From the NCBI RefSeq assembly GCF_006345805.1, contig NC_043006.1, positions 36,146,001 through 36,210,000 of the forward strand: a DNA stretch of 64,000 bases, read 5' to 3'. This stretch comes from Octopus sinensis. Taxonomy: Eukaryota. Within the stretch, counting starts at the first letter, position 1, and each line of letters starts with the position of its first letter. The notes below the pieces were generated by a model that was not told the DNA's origin, searched no databases, and saw only the letters and a program-made list of their open reading frames with translations. Below, in pieces: positions 49,548-62,646 of the stretch. Both the position numbers and the translations under genes were made by a program.

Positions 49548-50115
49548 ACGGTGGAGAATGGCTGTGTGGTTAGAAGTTTACTTCCCAATCACATGGTTCC
49601 GGGTTTAATCTCACTGCGTGGTACCATGGGCGAGTATCTTTTGCTCTAGCTCCGGGCCAACCTTAACCTTGTGAGTGGATTTAGTAGACAGAAACAGAAT
49701 GGGAACCCAGGCTAACCAAAGCCTCGTGAGTGTATTCGATAGGTGGAAACTGTAGAAGCCCATATATGTGTGTGTGTGTGCGTGTGTTTGATCCCACCAT
49801 CGCTTGACAACTAGTGTTGGTCTGTTTATGTAACCTAGCGCTTCGGCGAAAGAGACCGATAGCTTACGTACCAGACTTATTTCCCTTTTAACTAACTAAA
49901 TGACCTTCAAATGTTTGAACTAGTATCAAGTTAGTATTTATCATCGTATATACGTGACGGTCTTCCACACAGTCTCCATCTACCAAATTCACTCACAAGG
50001 CATTGATCAGTCCGAGGCTAGAGAAGGAGACACGTGTCCAAAGTGCCGGACCTTGAGACAGAACCCGAAATCCCGTGGGCCTCAAAGTGAGCGTTTTAAC
50101 CACACAACCATGCCT
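49548..50115. mobile_element. Diverged SINE B copies (plus 49548-49880; minus 49955-50115)
   Basis: ATGGCTGTGTGGTTAGAAG..CACATGGTTCCGGG; GTCTACCAAATTCACTCACAAGGC. Confidence 0.7.
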
Positions 50116-50409
50116 GTCTTTGTGATGTGTGCGTGCAAAGGCGGCGGACGTGAATATCTAAAATATCAACGTTTCAAGATGACAATCTGGTTTATGAAGA
50201 CAAAAGACATTGGAGGTGTCCATTACCCTGGTTGGGGTGGTGGGGACAGAAGGGGGTTAAGTGGGTGGGTTAGAGATAAACGAAGATCAGACTTAGAGGG
50301 TAAGTAAACTGTGTCAAGGATGTATGAAATGTCAAATGTTTCCGATAGACTCGTATGACAACGACGACGACGAAGAAGAAGACGGCCAACCGTCATGTTG
50401 TTCGTGATG

Positions 50410-50560
50410 ATGATGGCGGCGGTGGCGGCGGTGGCGGCGGCGGCGGAGGTAGCGGTGGAGGCGGCGGTGGAGGCGGCGGTGGAGGCGGCGGTGGAGGCGG
50501 CGGTGGAGGCGGCGGTGGAGGCGGCGGTGGAGGCGGCGGTGGAGGCGGCGGTGGCGGTGC
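50410..50560. repeat. GC-rich (GAGGCGGCGGTG)n 12-mer array
   Basis: About 8 units, ~50451-50550. Confidence 0.9.
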
Positions 50561-50705
50561 TTGCAACTGTGTTAATGGTGATGATTTTGAAGAAGAAGAA
50601 GAACAACAACAACAACGAGGAAGCGGTGGAGAAGGAAGGGATGAAGGATGGAAGGAAGGAAGGGATATGTATTACCATTAAGTTATGTTTGTATGTGTAA
50701 TGTCT

Positions 50706-50748
<43 letters not shown>

Positions 50749-50860
50749 CTCTCTATCTTTCTATCTATCTATCTATCTTTCTATCTATCTATCTATTTAC
50801 CTCACCCTATACTTGAATGAGTACATTTCTACGCGCGAGGGCACACGCATGTGTTTGTGC

Positions 50861-50899
<39 letters not shown>

Positions 50900-51799
50900 C
50901 GTATGTTTACCTCTAGTGCCAAAGAGTTATTGTCTCCAACACAGACTGACTGTCCACTCAGCCATGCCGAATCGTCGGCGACCAAACAGCCGCGCCCAGT
51001 TGTCCCTTTCCGAGATTCTGTGTACTAATTGCATGAAAAATCTCTATTAATTAAACGTTGTTTTTCTTTTTAATTTAGAAAGGACAACTGAACTGTGTAG
51101 TCCAAGATATACAGCGTCTAGTGAAATATAAGATGGATGATCATGGTTAGAATGTCTGTCTTTATGAATCTAATGGTACATAGTTTACTTACCTTGTGTT
51201 AAACAACAATAACTAGGAAGAACACATTGGATAATGTAGTCAGGGTGGTCATCGCTGGAATGTCTTTGATCATAGACCTGTAGTTGTTGTTTAACATCTG
51301 GTTAGTCATGATTGGGCAAACTTGTCAAAAACTCTCCAACTGTCTCTACTACACATTCGACGATTTACTCTGAGGGAAAAAAAAGACATGATGGTCACGG
51401 CTGGAAACTAGATCAGCTATAGAGTTGTACACAACATTAACAATGATAACAACCAGATATTATGCTTAATTTCCAAGGAAGCAAAATACGAAGATAGTTA
51501 AGTGTGCCCCAGTATGGGCGTAGCTCACTGACTGAAATTACGAGGATAGGAAAAGTGTACAGATGTAAATAATTAAATGATAGTAATAAATAATTAATGA
51601 GCAGAAATAAATAGTTAATAGGGCGAAATATATATATATATATATCGTACTTTATATATAAGTAGTATTCAAGTATACGTCGCACCCCCAGTTTTTTGGG
51701 GGTTTTTTTCAATTAAAATGAAGCAAAAAGTAGTGCGACTTATACACGAATGAATACGGCGTTTAATTATTTCCAGGATTGAGTTCGTAAATATTCTTT

Positions 51800-52425
51800 T
51801 CTACTCGAGGCACAACGCCCGGAATTTTGAGGGAGGAGGCCAGTCGATTAGATCGACCCCAGTGCGCAACTGGTGCTTAATTTATTGACCCCGAAACGAT
51901 GAAAGGCAAAGTCGACCCCGGCGGAATCTAAACTCAGAACATAAAGACAGACGAAATACCTATCTCTTTACTACCCACAAGGGGCTAAACACAGAGAGGA
52001 CAAACAAGGACAGACAAACGGATTAAGTCGATTATATCGACCCCAGTGTGTAACTGGTACTTAATTTATCGACCCCGAAAGGATGAAAGGCAAAGTCGAC
52101 CTCGGCGGAATTTGAACTCGGAACGTAACGGCAGACGAAATACAGCTACGCATTTCGCCCGGCGTGCTAACCTTTCTGCCAGCTCACCGCCCAATGAGTT
52201 TGTCAATATTATTGACTCCAGTAGTACGCCGGGCGAAAAGCTTAGCGGTATTTTTTTGTCTGCCGCTACGTTCTGAGTTCAAATTCCACCGTGGTCGACT
52301 TTACCTTTCATCCAATCGGGTTCGATAAATTAAGTACCAGTTGCGTACTGAGGTCGTACTGGGGTCGATCTGATCGACTGGCCCCCACCCTCGAAATTTC
52401 AGGTATTGTGCTTATAATAGAAAGG
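51800..52425. mobile_element. SINE A composite (minus, 51800-52192) back-to-back with SINE A (plus, 52225-52425)
   Basis: Junction at 51959/51960; inverted copies about 30 nt apart. Confidence 0.85.
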
Positions 52426-52673
52426 AATATTATTGACTCCAGTATGTGACACTTATTTTTATCGACTCTGAAAGACAATGTTGATCTCGGTGGGAGTTGA
52501 ACTTAAAACTTAAAGAGCTGGAGCAAACAAAACAAAAAGAGCTCCACCCGCAAGGAATTTAATTCAATGGTTTAACGATATAAGCCAACCTACAACAATG
52601 CAAGCCACAGCGGCAAACGAAAGCTCAAATAATTAGAAGTCTTAATTTTTTGATAAACGAAACAATATTCGCA

Positions 52674-52725
<52 letters not shown>

Positions 52726-52734
52726 TATTGTCGC

Positions 52735-53105
52735 TGTTGTTGCTGCTGTTGCTGTTGAGCGAAGCGGTCTTCGTCCTCTTGGGAGAAGTCCGAAACGTGG
52801 TCCTTTGCTATTCGTAAGACCCGCAGAAGAGAAAGCAGGTCAAAGCAGGACACCGAGAGTATCGACGGGTGGGTGAATGCGCATCCAGGCTCAGTGGTTG
52901 CGTAGGAAGTCGGGGACAAGAAACAGAAAGAAAGAGTGAGAGAAAGTTGTAGCAAAAGAGTACAACAGGGGTCGCCACCACACCCTGCCGGAGCCTCTTG
53001 GAGTTTTAGCTCAATAAACACACACAACGCCCGGTCTGAGAATCGAAACCGCGATCCTCCGACCGCGAGTCCGCTGCTCTAACCATTGGGCCATTGCGCC
53101 TCCGC
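52735..53105 (-). mobile_element. tRNA-derived SINE, family C variant
   Basis: Reverse complement of GGAGGCGCAATGGCCCAATGGTTAGAGCAGCGGACTCGCGGTCGGAGGATCGCGGTTTCGATTC. Confidence 0.8.
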
Positions 53106-53209
53106 TTGTTGCTGCTGTTCTGCAAGATTTGAGAGAATTTAACTACGATTTCTAGCAGGCTGGTTGTCCGCGTAGAGACCCTCTCATATACCATTTTCTA
53201 ATTGTTGAG

Positions 53210-53248
<39 letters not shown>

Positions 53249-53929
53249 TTCTTCTTTTCTTCTTCCTTTTCTTCTCCTTCAGATTCTTCTTCTTCTTGCC
53301 TAACCGGCCCCCGTCCCCACCAGGTCTATCCTTATCGAGGAGAATTATTAATCTAGCCAGGTGGCGTAACCGCATCGAAATCCCCTCGTTTACCTGTGGT
53401 CGGTAAAGTATGATTTGTAGGGTCAAAACCGACCAGCGACCTCATTTCAACCGGCACGTCTTGTCTACTGAATATGTGACGTTGCATATAAAAATTCCGT
53501 TTTCTTTATCTGTCTTACGTTAGCCAACAATAGAATTCAGTATAAAAAATAGAACAAAATTTTCATTTTTACATTGGCCTCAAATGCATCAATATTTTAT
53601 ACAAAATACATAAAGACACTTGGTGAAGGATGAAAGGTTCTCCAGGTGTGATAGTTTAAGCAGTAAATCTTTTCACTTGTGTAAATGGAACCACAGAGAC
53701 TTAACAGCGTCACGTAATCGATTCTAAGAAACAATGCAGTTACAAAGATATAATAAGATAAAATGTCTGCTGGTCCGCTAAGGAAAGCGGGAAGATATTT
53801 ACCGCTAAGCCACGATTGACCCTATTCAGGTCTAACTAAAAGGGGCCTGAACGCTTCCCTCTATACCAATTATTTTCATCTCATTATACCGTTAGCATTC
53901 CTTCATTACAAAAGGAGACATGTTGCTTT

Positions 53930-54945
53930 TGTCAGCTTGTTTCGTTCACTGGACTCTCGGCCATGCTGGAGCACCGCCTTCAAGGATTTAGTCGAATAAA
54001 TCGATGCTGATCTTTATTATTTTCTTTTTTTTTCTCTCTTTCTTTTTCTTTTTGACAGTCTGGTACTTATTCAATCGATCTGTTTCGCTCTACGGGGACG
54101 CAAACACACCAACACTGGTTGTTAATCGGTGGTGGTGAACAAAATGCAAACACAAACACAAACACACTCACACAAACATAATTACATACATACATACACA
54201 TAAATACTCTCTTTTACTTGTTTCAGTCATTTGACTGCGGCCATGCTGGAGCACCGCCTTTAGTCGAGCAAATCGACACCAGGACTTATTCTTTTGTAAG
54301 CCTAGTACTTATTCTATCGGTCTCTTTTGCCGAACCGCTAAGTTACGGGGACGTAAACACTCCACCATCGGTTGTCAGGCGATGTTGGGTGGGGGACAAA
54401 CACAGACACACAAACATATACACAGACATACATATATACATATATACATATATACGACAGGCTTCTTACAATTTCCGTCTACCAAATCCACTCACAAGGC
54501 TTTGGTCGGCCCGAGGCTATAGTAGAAGACACTTGCCCAAGGTGCCACTCAGTGGGAATGAACCCGGAACCATGTGGTTGGTAAGCAAGCTACTTACCAC
54601 ACAGCCACTCCTGCTTTAGGAGCATTCCGTCGGTTACGACGACGAATGTCCCAGCTGATACGATCAATGGAAGAGCAAGAGCTTGCTCATGAAATTATGT
54701 GCAAGTGGCTGAGTACTCCACAGACACGTGTACCTTTAACGTAGTTTCAAGGAGATTCAGGGTGACACAAAGTGTGACATGGTTGGCCCTTTGAAATACA
54801 AGTACTACTTATTTTTGCCAGCTGAGTGGACTGGAGCATCGTTAAATAAAGTGTCTTGCTTAAGGACACAACGCGTCGCGGGGAATTGAACTCTCGACCT
54901 TACGATCATAAGCAGAATGCCCTAACCACTAAGCCACGCGTCTTC
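53930..54945 (-). mobile_element. SINE cluster: B tail (53930-54160), full-length B (54205-54613), C-tail/E-head copy (54620-54945)
   Basis: Direct similarity to 5227-5695 and 60385-60762. Confidence 0.85.
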
Positions 54946-54982
54946 ACACACACACATATACATACACACATACATACTCATA

Positions 54983-55003
54983 TAGATAGATAGATAGATA
55001 GAT

Positions 55004-55065
<62 letters not shown>

Positions 55066-55077
55066 GGATGGATGGAC

Positions 55078-55170
<93 letters not shown>
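54983..55170. repeat. (GATA)n microsatellite
   Basis: Seen directly. Other SSRs include (TG)n 3318-3404 and 33250-33320, (TAG)n 52675-52725, (CAGA)n 62553-62690, (TC)n 28130-28235. Confidence 0.95.
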
Positions 55171-55639
55171 TTTAACGGTTGAATGTGGATTCATCCTTTG
55201 ATTTGGAGGTTTCCAAAAAAGATTTCTAATATTGATTCTTCATACTTTGCTGGGAGTTTACAGGCGTAAATTTGCGAAGATATGAAAGTAGTACCTGTAT
55301 GGAATGAAGTTCCATAAAACTCATCGATTTAGTTAACAATGGGGGAGACAAGTTGTTAAAATGTATAAGAAGTTTAATTCTTGCAGACGATCGTTTTGTA
55401 CAGAGATATAACAATAATGCAAATTCATGATTGAATTAAATTAAATTAATGAAATATTAACGTACATGAAGTGCATGAAGTAAAAAACCATAATACAAAG
55501 AACTCGAGAAGAAACATAGCAGAAAAATTGAATCTAGGAGATTCATATTTTTATCCGTGCGAGAAAGAGATGTGAGTCATGTCGGATCTATAACCATCTA
55601 TTATATATATATGTGTGTGTGGTGTGGTGTGTGTGTGTG

Positions 55640-55715
<76 letters not shown>

Positions 55716-55749
55716 GTCTATATATATATGTGTGTGTATATATATTGTC

Positions 55750-56176
55750 AATAATAAAAGGGTAAAATTAATTAATTATTAATTAATTTTACCAAGTAGT
55801 GTTCAGTATGTAAAAAGACCATTTACGGTATATTTAAAACATTACGTTATATAATTAGGGTTCAGTAAAAAAATTTTACTTTACCACACACCGAACTTTT
55901 AGAAATAGCAGCCAAAATATTTTAGCCATTTCTTCTACTATAAGAAAAGTTTCCCAGACAATGTATACTCAAACATAATTCACGTAGGTATAGAGGGAAA
56001 AATAACGAAAGATCACACGTACATCGATTACTTGAGAACAAGTAATCGGTGTACGTGGGATCTTTCGTTATTTTTGAGTATACATTGTCTGGGAGACTTT
56101 TCTTATAGTAGAAGAAATAGCTAAACTTTTTTGGCTGCTATTTCTAAAAGTTCGGTGTGTGGTAAAGTAATTTTTT

Positions 56177-56185
<9 letters not shown>
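55750..56185. repeat. (TA)n-flanked foldback element containing a ~310-bp palindrome
   Basis: Arms 55866-56032 and 56037-56178 around loop AGAA in GATTACTTG-AGAA-CAAGTAATC. Confidence 0.9.
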
Positions 56186-56230
<45 letters not shown>

Positions 56231-56324
56231 TATATAAGGATAAAATCTATATAAGATTTATCAAGTAACCAGCTTGGAAAACCAGTTGAGGAAAAAATTA
56301 ATACAAATTAATACACATATACAC

Positions 56325-56640
56325 GCACGACGGGCTTCCATACAGTTTCCGTCTACTAAATTCACTCACAAAGCGTTGGTCGATTCGGTACTACAGTTGA
56401 AGACACCTGCCCAGAGTGCCCTACAGGGGGAGTGAACCCAGAACTTATTTCTTTACTGCCCACATGGGGCCACACACAGAGGGGACAAACAAGAACAGAC
56501 AGAGGGATTAAGTCGGTTACATCGACCCCAGTGCGTAACTGGTACTTATTTAATCGACCCTGAAAGGATGAAAGGTAAAGTCGACCTCGGCGGAATTTGA
56601 ACTCAGAACGTAGCGGCAAACGAGATCCTAACTGGCAACA
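56325..56640 (-). mobile_element. Chimeric SINE A/B
   Basis: SINE A tail fused to a B-like head at GAACCCAGAAC|TTATTTC; inverted twin at 59446-59780. Confidence 0.8.
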
Positions 56641-56884
56641 CATCAGCTTTTTACCTCTGTCAATGATACAGTGTAAAGGTCTGTGGTTCTCGGCAGAACA
56701 CAACAGGCAGTTAAATCCTGCTTACTCCTCGGTACACTTTGCACTTTGTTGATATTCTTATACCAAGTTGTTTCAACAATCTATCTCTGAGCTTCTAAAA
56801 AGCCTCCACAACTGCCTCTATGCAGTGACCACCACCACTGTAAGTTGTTGTCATCGAAAATTGTACTGCACAAACATCTTTTAC

Positions 56885-57290
56885 CCTTTATCATTTACTT
56901 GTTTTAGTCATGTGACTGTGGCCATGCCGGAGCAAAGCTTTGAGGGGTTTAGTCAAACAAATCGCCCCCAGTACTGAATCTTATTTTTAAAGTCTGGTAC
57001 TTATTCTATCGGTCTATTTTGGCGATGTAAACAAACCAGCACTGGCTGACAAGTGTTGGGAAGACAAACAAGCACACACACATTTACGTGCCTATGTATA
57101 CATGTCTGTATGTATGCATGCATGTAAATGTGTATACACGACGTGTATCAAATTCACTTAGATTCCACACAGTTTCCGTCTACCAAATCCACTCACAAGG
57201 CTTTGGTCGGCCCGGGGCTATAGTTGAGGACACTTACAAAAGGTGCTGCGCAGTGGGACTGAACTCAAAACTACGTGATTACAAAGCGAA
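56885..57290 (-). mobile_element. Diverged SINE B
   Basis: GTTTCCGTCTACCAAATCCACTCACAAGGCTTTGGTCGGCCCGGGGCTATAG. Confidence 0.75.
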
Positions 57291-57499
57291 TTCAAAGGCC
57301 GATTCGCAATCATGACAGTCGGAGGCTTGTGTTCTGAAGGTTGGTACCTAAACCAACCTTACCACATAAAACCCAACCGCAAACACAAGCAGCTGATATT
57401 TATTTCACATTAATAGTTTCACATTTATTTCACATTAATAATTTCACATTACTAGTTTCCCAGTATCAGTTTGGTTGGTGATTGGGGGGGGGGAGAAGA

Positions 57500-57912
57500 A
57501 ATATAGTAAGTAAAAAAGTAAAGTTATTTCCTGAGTCATAAACTCATAAGAGGTCGGTTTCCGTGGAGTATACATTCTCTACCTGGACGGGGCGCCGGTC
57601 CGTCGCAGGATTACTCATTTCTGCCAGCTGAGTAGACTGGAGCAACGTGAAATGAAATGTCTTGCTCAAGAATACAAAGCATCATCCAGTCCAGGAATCG
57701 AAACCTCAATCTTACGCTCATGAGTCGAACACCCTAACCACTAAGCCATGCACCTCTACAGCAATGTGAAATGAAGTGTCTTGCTCAAGAACACAATGCA
57801 TTGCCCAGTCCAGGAATTGAAACCACAATCTTACAATCATGAGTCCAACACCCTAACCACTAAGCCATGCACCTCTACAGCAATGTGAAATGAAATCTTT
57901 TGCTCAAGAACA
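57500..57912 (-). mobile_element. SINE E with tandemly repeated tRNA-like head (119-bp period)
   Basis: Units start at 57642, 57761 and 57880. Confidence 0.8.
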
Positions 57913-59445
57913 TGTCATTGACGAGGACACAGATGGCGACAAAAGTTCTTAGACAATCTGATTGACTGGTTAATTGAAGGATTAATCAAACAATTAGTTA
58001 ATAGGTTAAACAGCTATCCAACCGACGAATAATAAAAAAGTAAACTGTAACCAGTGCGTATGTTTATTATTGACATGATGACCCACCCATGATACAACAA
58101 AATGTGTGTCAACATCTGAGTTTGCAAAAAGAATCTCACAAATTGAAATATCTGATTAGTCCATTATATTTCTTATCCAAGACAGCAATTTATAATTTGA
58201 GAGTTATTTAGCTACTATTTCTAGCTAGTGTACTCACCATAAACTATGTTACAAACATTTGTACGGTGGCATTTTGTGGTGAAATCCAATTAGTATAGTA
58301 AGTTAACCATTGCTTCATAGAGTTAAAGAGAAAATATTGTCTGTTTTATTTCATTTCGCTAACAGATGTGACAAACAGACATATAGACTATCGGTTTTTT
58401 ATTGTTTCCTAAGGGGATGAAGACGCAATAAACATAATAACTCATAAACCATTCAAGAAACACTGGTGGTGCCACTGTCTTTTGGTTTGGTTAAGCTTTT
58501 CGTTTTGTTTTATTGTTTTTTGTTTTTTTTTTGTGGTGGGCTTGTAATTGTATTTTGTTTTTACGAGAAATCGTAGCTGTTAAGTAAGAAATTAACGTGG
58601 AAATGTTTAAGTACAGTGCAAACCGCCATATACTATCTGTAAAATAGAAGGGTCAAATAGAGAGACAGACTAAGACGATTGTCTAAGATAGCAACTGCCC
58701 ATCTTGGAGTCCGCGGACCCAAGGATGTTCACGAAAGTAGTACATCGATCTTCGTTTTTCATGAACCTTAAGTTTCAAAGCCTTTCCAGATTACTGAATT
58801 TTCCGAACCAGGTGTGGTGGTGGTGGTCACCTTGGATAACACACTCTAAATTAAACAAATGTTAAATTTACTTAACACTGTCTAACAAGATTTTAGCAAT
58901 TGTTATTTCCTATTTGCTGACCCTCAAAAGTATGAAAAATTGTAAATATTTCCTTCAAACTTTGCTTTTGTCATATCTATTCAAAACCCAAATAGTCCCT
59001 CTCAACACATAGCTATGATGCTCCCCCACTGCTTCTGCTCGTGGTCAGCGATGCACATATTGTCAGCCACCAAGAGACATGCTCTAGTAGTTAAGGTCAA
59101 GCAACGGACAAGCAAATCTGTGGAATTGAGCAGAATATTTACTACAATATTTCTGCTTCAGCAACTCAGCGCTAGTTCTGTCTGAAATGTAATGGAAAAT
59201 AAGTCAGTTCCAAAATATTGATGTCCAGATCAAAAAAGCTAAGTTTGAAGGGAATAGCTGTCATTTCCTTTGATTTCTAGATAGAAGCAAATAGGAAATT
59301 ACACTTACTGACTATCGACAAAAAAAAAATTTTAATTTTGTTACACATTGTAACTAAATGAAACATAGGTACCTGTATGTCAGTATAAATTAATGAAGAT
59401 TGTAAAAGACTCCGGACCACCGGAAAGTCAGGGTTATACTTGTAC

Positions 59446-59885
59446 TAAGGCGGCGAGCTAGCAGAACCGTTAGCACGCTGGGCGAAATGCGTAGCCGTAT
59501 TTCGTCTGCCATTACGTTCTGAGTTCAAATTCCGCCGAGGTCAACTTTGCCTTTCATCCTTTCGGGGTCGATTAAATAAGTACCAGTTACGCACTTGGGT
59601 CGATGTAATCGACTTAATCCCTCTGTCTGTTCTTGTTTGTCCCCTCTGTGTGTGGCCCCATGTGGGCAATAAAGAAATAAGTTCTGGGTTCACTCCTCCT
59701 GTAGGGCACCCTGGGCAGGTGTCTTCAACTGTAGTACCGAATCGACCAACGCTTTGTGAGTGAATTTAGTAGACGGAAACATGTCTGTGGAGTGCTCAGC
59801 CACTTGCAAGTGAATTTCACGTGCAGGCCGTTCCATTCATCGGATCAACTGGAACCCTCTTCGTTAGCACCGACGGTGTGCCCCA
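59446..59885 (+). mobile_element. Chimeric SINE A/B followed by SINE C tail
   Basis: AAGGCGGCGAGCTAGCAGAACC head; GAAATAA|GTTCTGGGTTCAC junction; TGTCTGTGGAGTGCTCAGCCAC tail. Confidence 0.8.
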
Positions 59886-60044
59886 GCCATCGGGTCACAG
59901 ACAAGTACCAGACTGGGGATCATTCGGTACCTGACAACATAGAAAGAAAACATTCTTAAAGTTTACTTCTATTTTAATGACTATCGCAGCCTATACAGTT
60001 TTTTTTTTACGTTATGCATGAATTAAATATGCAATATGGTTTCA

Positions 60045-60762
60045 AATTTTGGCACAGGGCCAGCTGTTCTGAGGGGACGGATGAAGTCGATTATATCTAC
60101 TTCAGTGTTCAACTGGTACTTATTTTATCGATCACAGAAAGGATGAAAGGTAAGGTCGACCCCCGCAGAAATTAAGCCAAGCATTTTAGAGGGAGATGGT
60201 AAGTCGACTGGTATTTATTTTATCGACCCCGAAAAATCGACCCCCAAAGATCGACCTCGGCGGAAATTAAGATCAAAACATAAAGACGGACGAAATGCCG
60301 CAAAGCATTTTTGTCCGGCGTGCTAACGATTAAGCCATCTGGCTGCCTTGTATGATGTATATAATACATATGCATTATATATCGTGGCACTCCGTCGGTT
60401 ACGACGACGAGGGTTCCAGTTGATCGAATCAACGGAACAGCCTGCTCGTGAAATTAACGTGCAAGTGGTTGAGCACTCCACAGACACGTGTACCCTTAAC
60501 GTAGTTCTCGAGTAGATTCAGCATGACACAGTGTATGACAAGGCTGGCCCCTTTGAAATACAGGTACAACAGAAAACAGGAAGAAAGAGTGAGAGAAAGT
60601 TGTGGTGAAAGAGTACAGCAGGTTCACCAACACTTCCTGCCGGAGCATCGTGGTACTTTAGGTGTTTTCGCTCAACAAACACAACGTCCGGTCTGGGAAT
60701 CGAAATCGCGATCCTACGACCTCAAGTCCGCTGCCCTAACCAGTGGGCCATTGCGTCTCCAC
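60045..60762 (-). mobile_element. Diverged SINE A copies (60045-60335) and full-length SINE C (60385-60762)
   Basis: Family motifs in reverse complement. Confidence 0.8.
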
Positions 60763-61569
60763 ATATGCATTTTATATATATATATATTAATTAAATTATA
60801 TATTATGCACTTTTATTGTTTTGTTATGAGCCTCATCCCCGGCTATATGGAAAAATTGTCTTGCATGAAACTGCTCCATAGTGTAAAGAAAGACCACTAC
60901 TTTATTGGAAACAGAAACAGCAAAACGGAATGTGTTTTGTTTTTTCGTTAAAGGCTTCAGTTGGAAATGTCAGGACTCTCGTCTCTCCGCGGTATTGAAT
61001 TTTATTCATATATACAAACTTTACTGATTTTCACCGATGCTGAGTTACTATTAATATCATTTTCTGAGGGTGGGGTGGGGTTCTGTTTTAGTTTCTAGGT
61101 AGCTTGCTCACCAATGCTGTTGCGCTCGATCAAAATTTAAATAATCTAAACCTTTCATAAACAACGGCCACCCAACAGAATAGCTTGTCGGTTGCAAAAC
61201 GTTCGTCTTCTATCAAGTCATTCTTTAAGTAACTTCGATTTACTTGTTGGTTTGGTGACAGCTGTCGCCATGAAAGAAGAAGTAAAAAAAAAAAAATATG
61301 GGAAAAGAAAAAGAAAAAGTAAAAGAAAAGGCTTCAAAAACAAAACAACTATCACAAAACCAAAATCACCACCACTACCACTTCTGCCAACAACTTCGAT
61401 GACAAAAACGTCACAACAACCTCAAACAGCCATTACTAGTCTCAACAGCAGCTGATGTGTTACTGTTGCCGACCTTAATAATTTGGTCCAGTGATGATAT
61501 ATTTGATTGCCGTTAGCAGTGACGAAGAAAGAAGCTTTATTTATACAGCTTTAGTTTATGTCAATGCAT

Positions 61570-61880
61570 TATGAAGGCGAATGGCCTTGTGGTTAACGTA
61601 TTGTGATCGCTAGACCATGGGTTCGATTCTCAGACCAAGCAGCGCATTGTGCCCTCTCTCTCTCTCTCTCTCTCTCGTGAATAAAACACTTCAATTTAGC
61701 TGTTCCAGTTCATTCGGCTGTGATAGGGTAATCCTGTGGCAGAATTCGCCTTGAGAGGTCCTCTCGCTTAGGCGTACGATGCTAAGAGCGTCCCGTCCAC
61801 GTAGAGAATGTATACTCCACGGAAACCAGGATACCGGCCCCTTATGAGTTTATGACTCAGGAAAGAACTTTACTTTTTTA
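61570..61880 (+). mobile_element. SINE E
   Basis: GGCGAATGGCCTTGTGGTTAAC..GGGTTCGATTC head; CGTCCCGTCC..GGAAACC..TTATGAGTTTATGACTCAGG tail. Confidence 0.7.
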
Positions 61881-62196
61881 CTTACTATATTTCTTACAAC
61901 CCACCCCCATCACCAACCAAACTGATAATATGAAACTAGAAATGTGAAGTTATTAATGTGAAGTAAATGTGAAAACTATTAATGTGAAATAAATATCAGC
62001 TGCTTGTGTTTGCGGTTGGGTTTTATGTGGTAAGGTTGGTTTAGGTACCAACACATACGCTACAGAAACCGGGAAACCGGGCTCATGAGTCTGTCTAGAC
62101 TTGAAAAGGGCGCATAAATAAATAAAAAAATTAGTATCACTATACATAAACGAAATAATAATAATAATTATTTATTATTATTATCCTTTCTATTAA

Positions 62197-62550
62197 AGGC
62201 ACAAGGCCTGAAATTTTGGGGGAGGCGGTAAATCGATTACATTGACTCCAGTACTTGACTGGTACTTGATCAATCGACCCCGAAAAGCTGAAAGGCAAAG
62301 ACGACCTCGGTGGAATTTGAACTCAGAACGTAGCAACGGGCGAAATACCTATTTCTTTACTACGCACAAGGGGCTAAACACAGAGGGGACAAACGGATTA
62401 AGTCGATTATATCGACCCCAGTGCGTAACTGGTACTTACTTAATCGACCCCGAAAGGATGAAAGGCAAAGTCGGTTCGGCGGAATTTGAACTCAGAACGT
62501 AACGGCAGACGAAATACCGCTAAACATTTCGTCCAGCGTGCTAACGATTC

Positions 62551-62551
<1 letters not shown>
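62197..62551 (-). mobile_element. SINE A composite
   Basis: Junction at 62348/62349. Confidence 0.85.
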
Positions 62552-62588
<37 letters not shown>

Positions 62589-62598
62589 GGCAGGCAGG

Positions 62599-62646
<48 letters not shown>

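Noticed and set aside
50223-50700. Poly-Gly, (AAVE)n and (AAST)n ORFs
   Set aside because: They are open in several frames only because of the 12-mer repeat.
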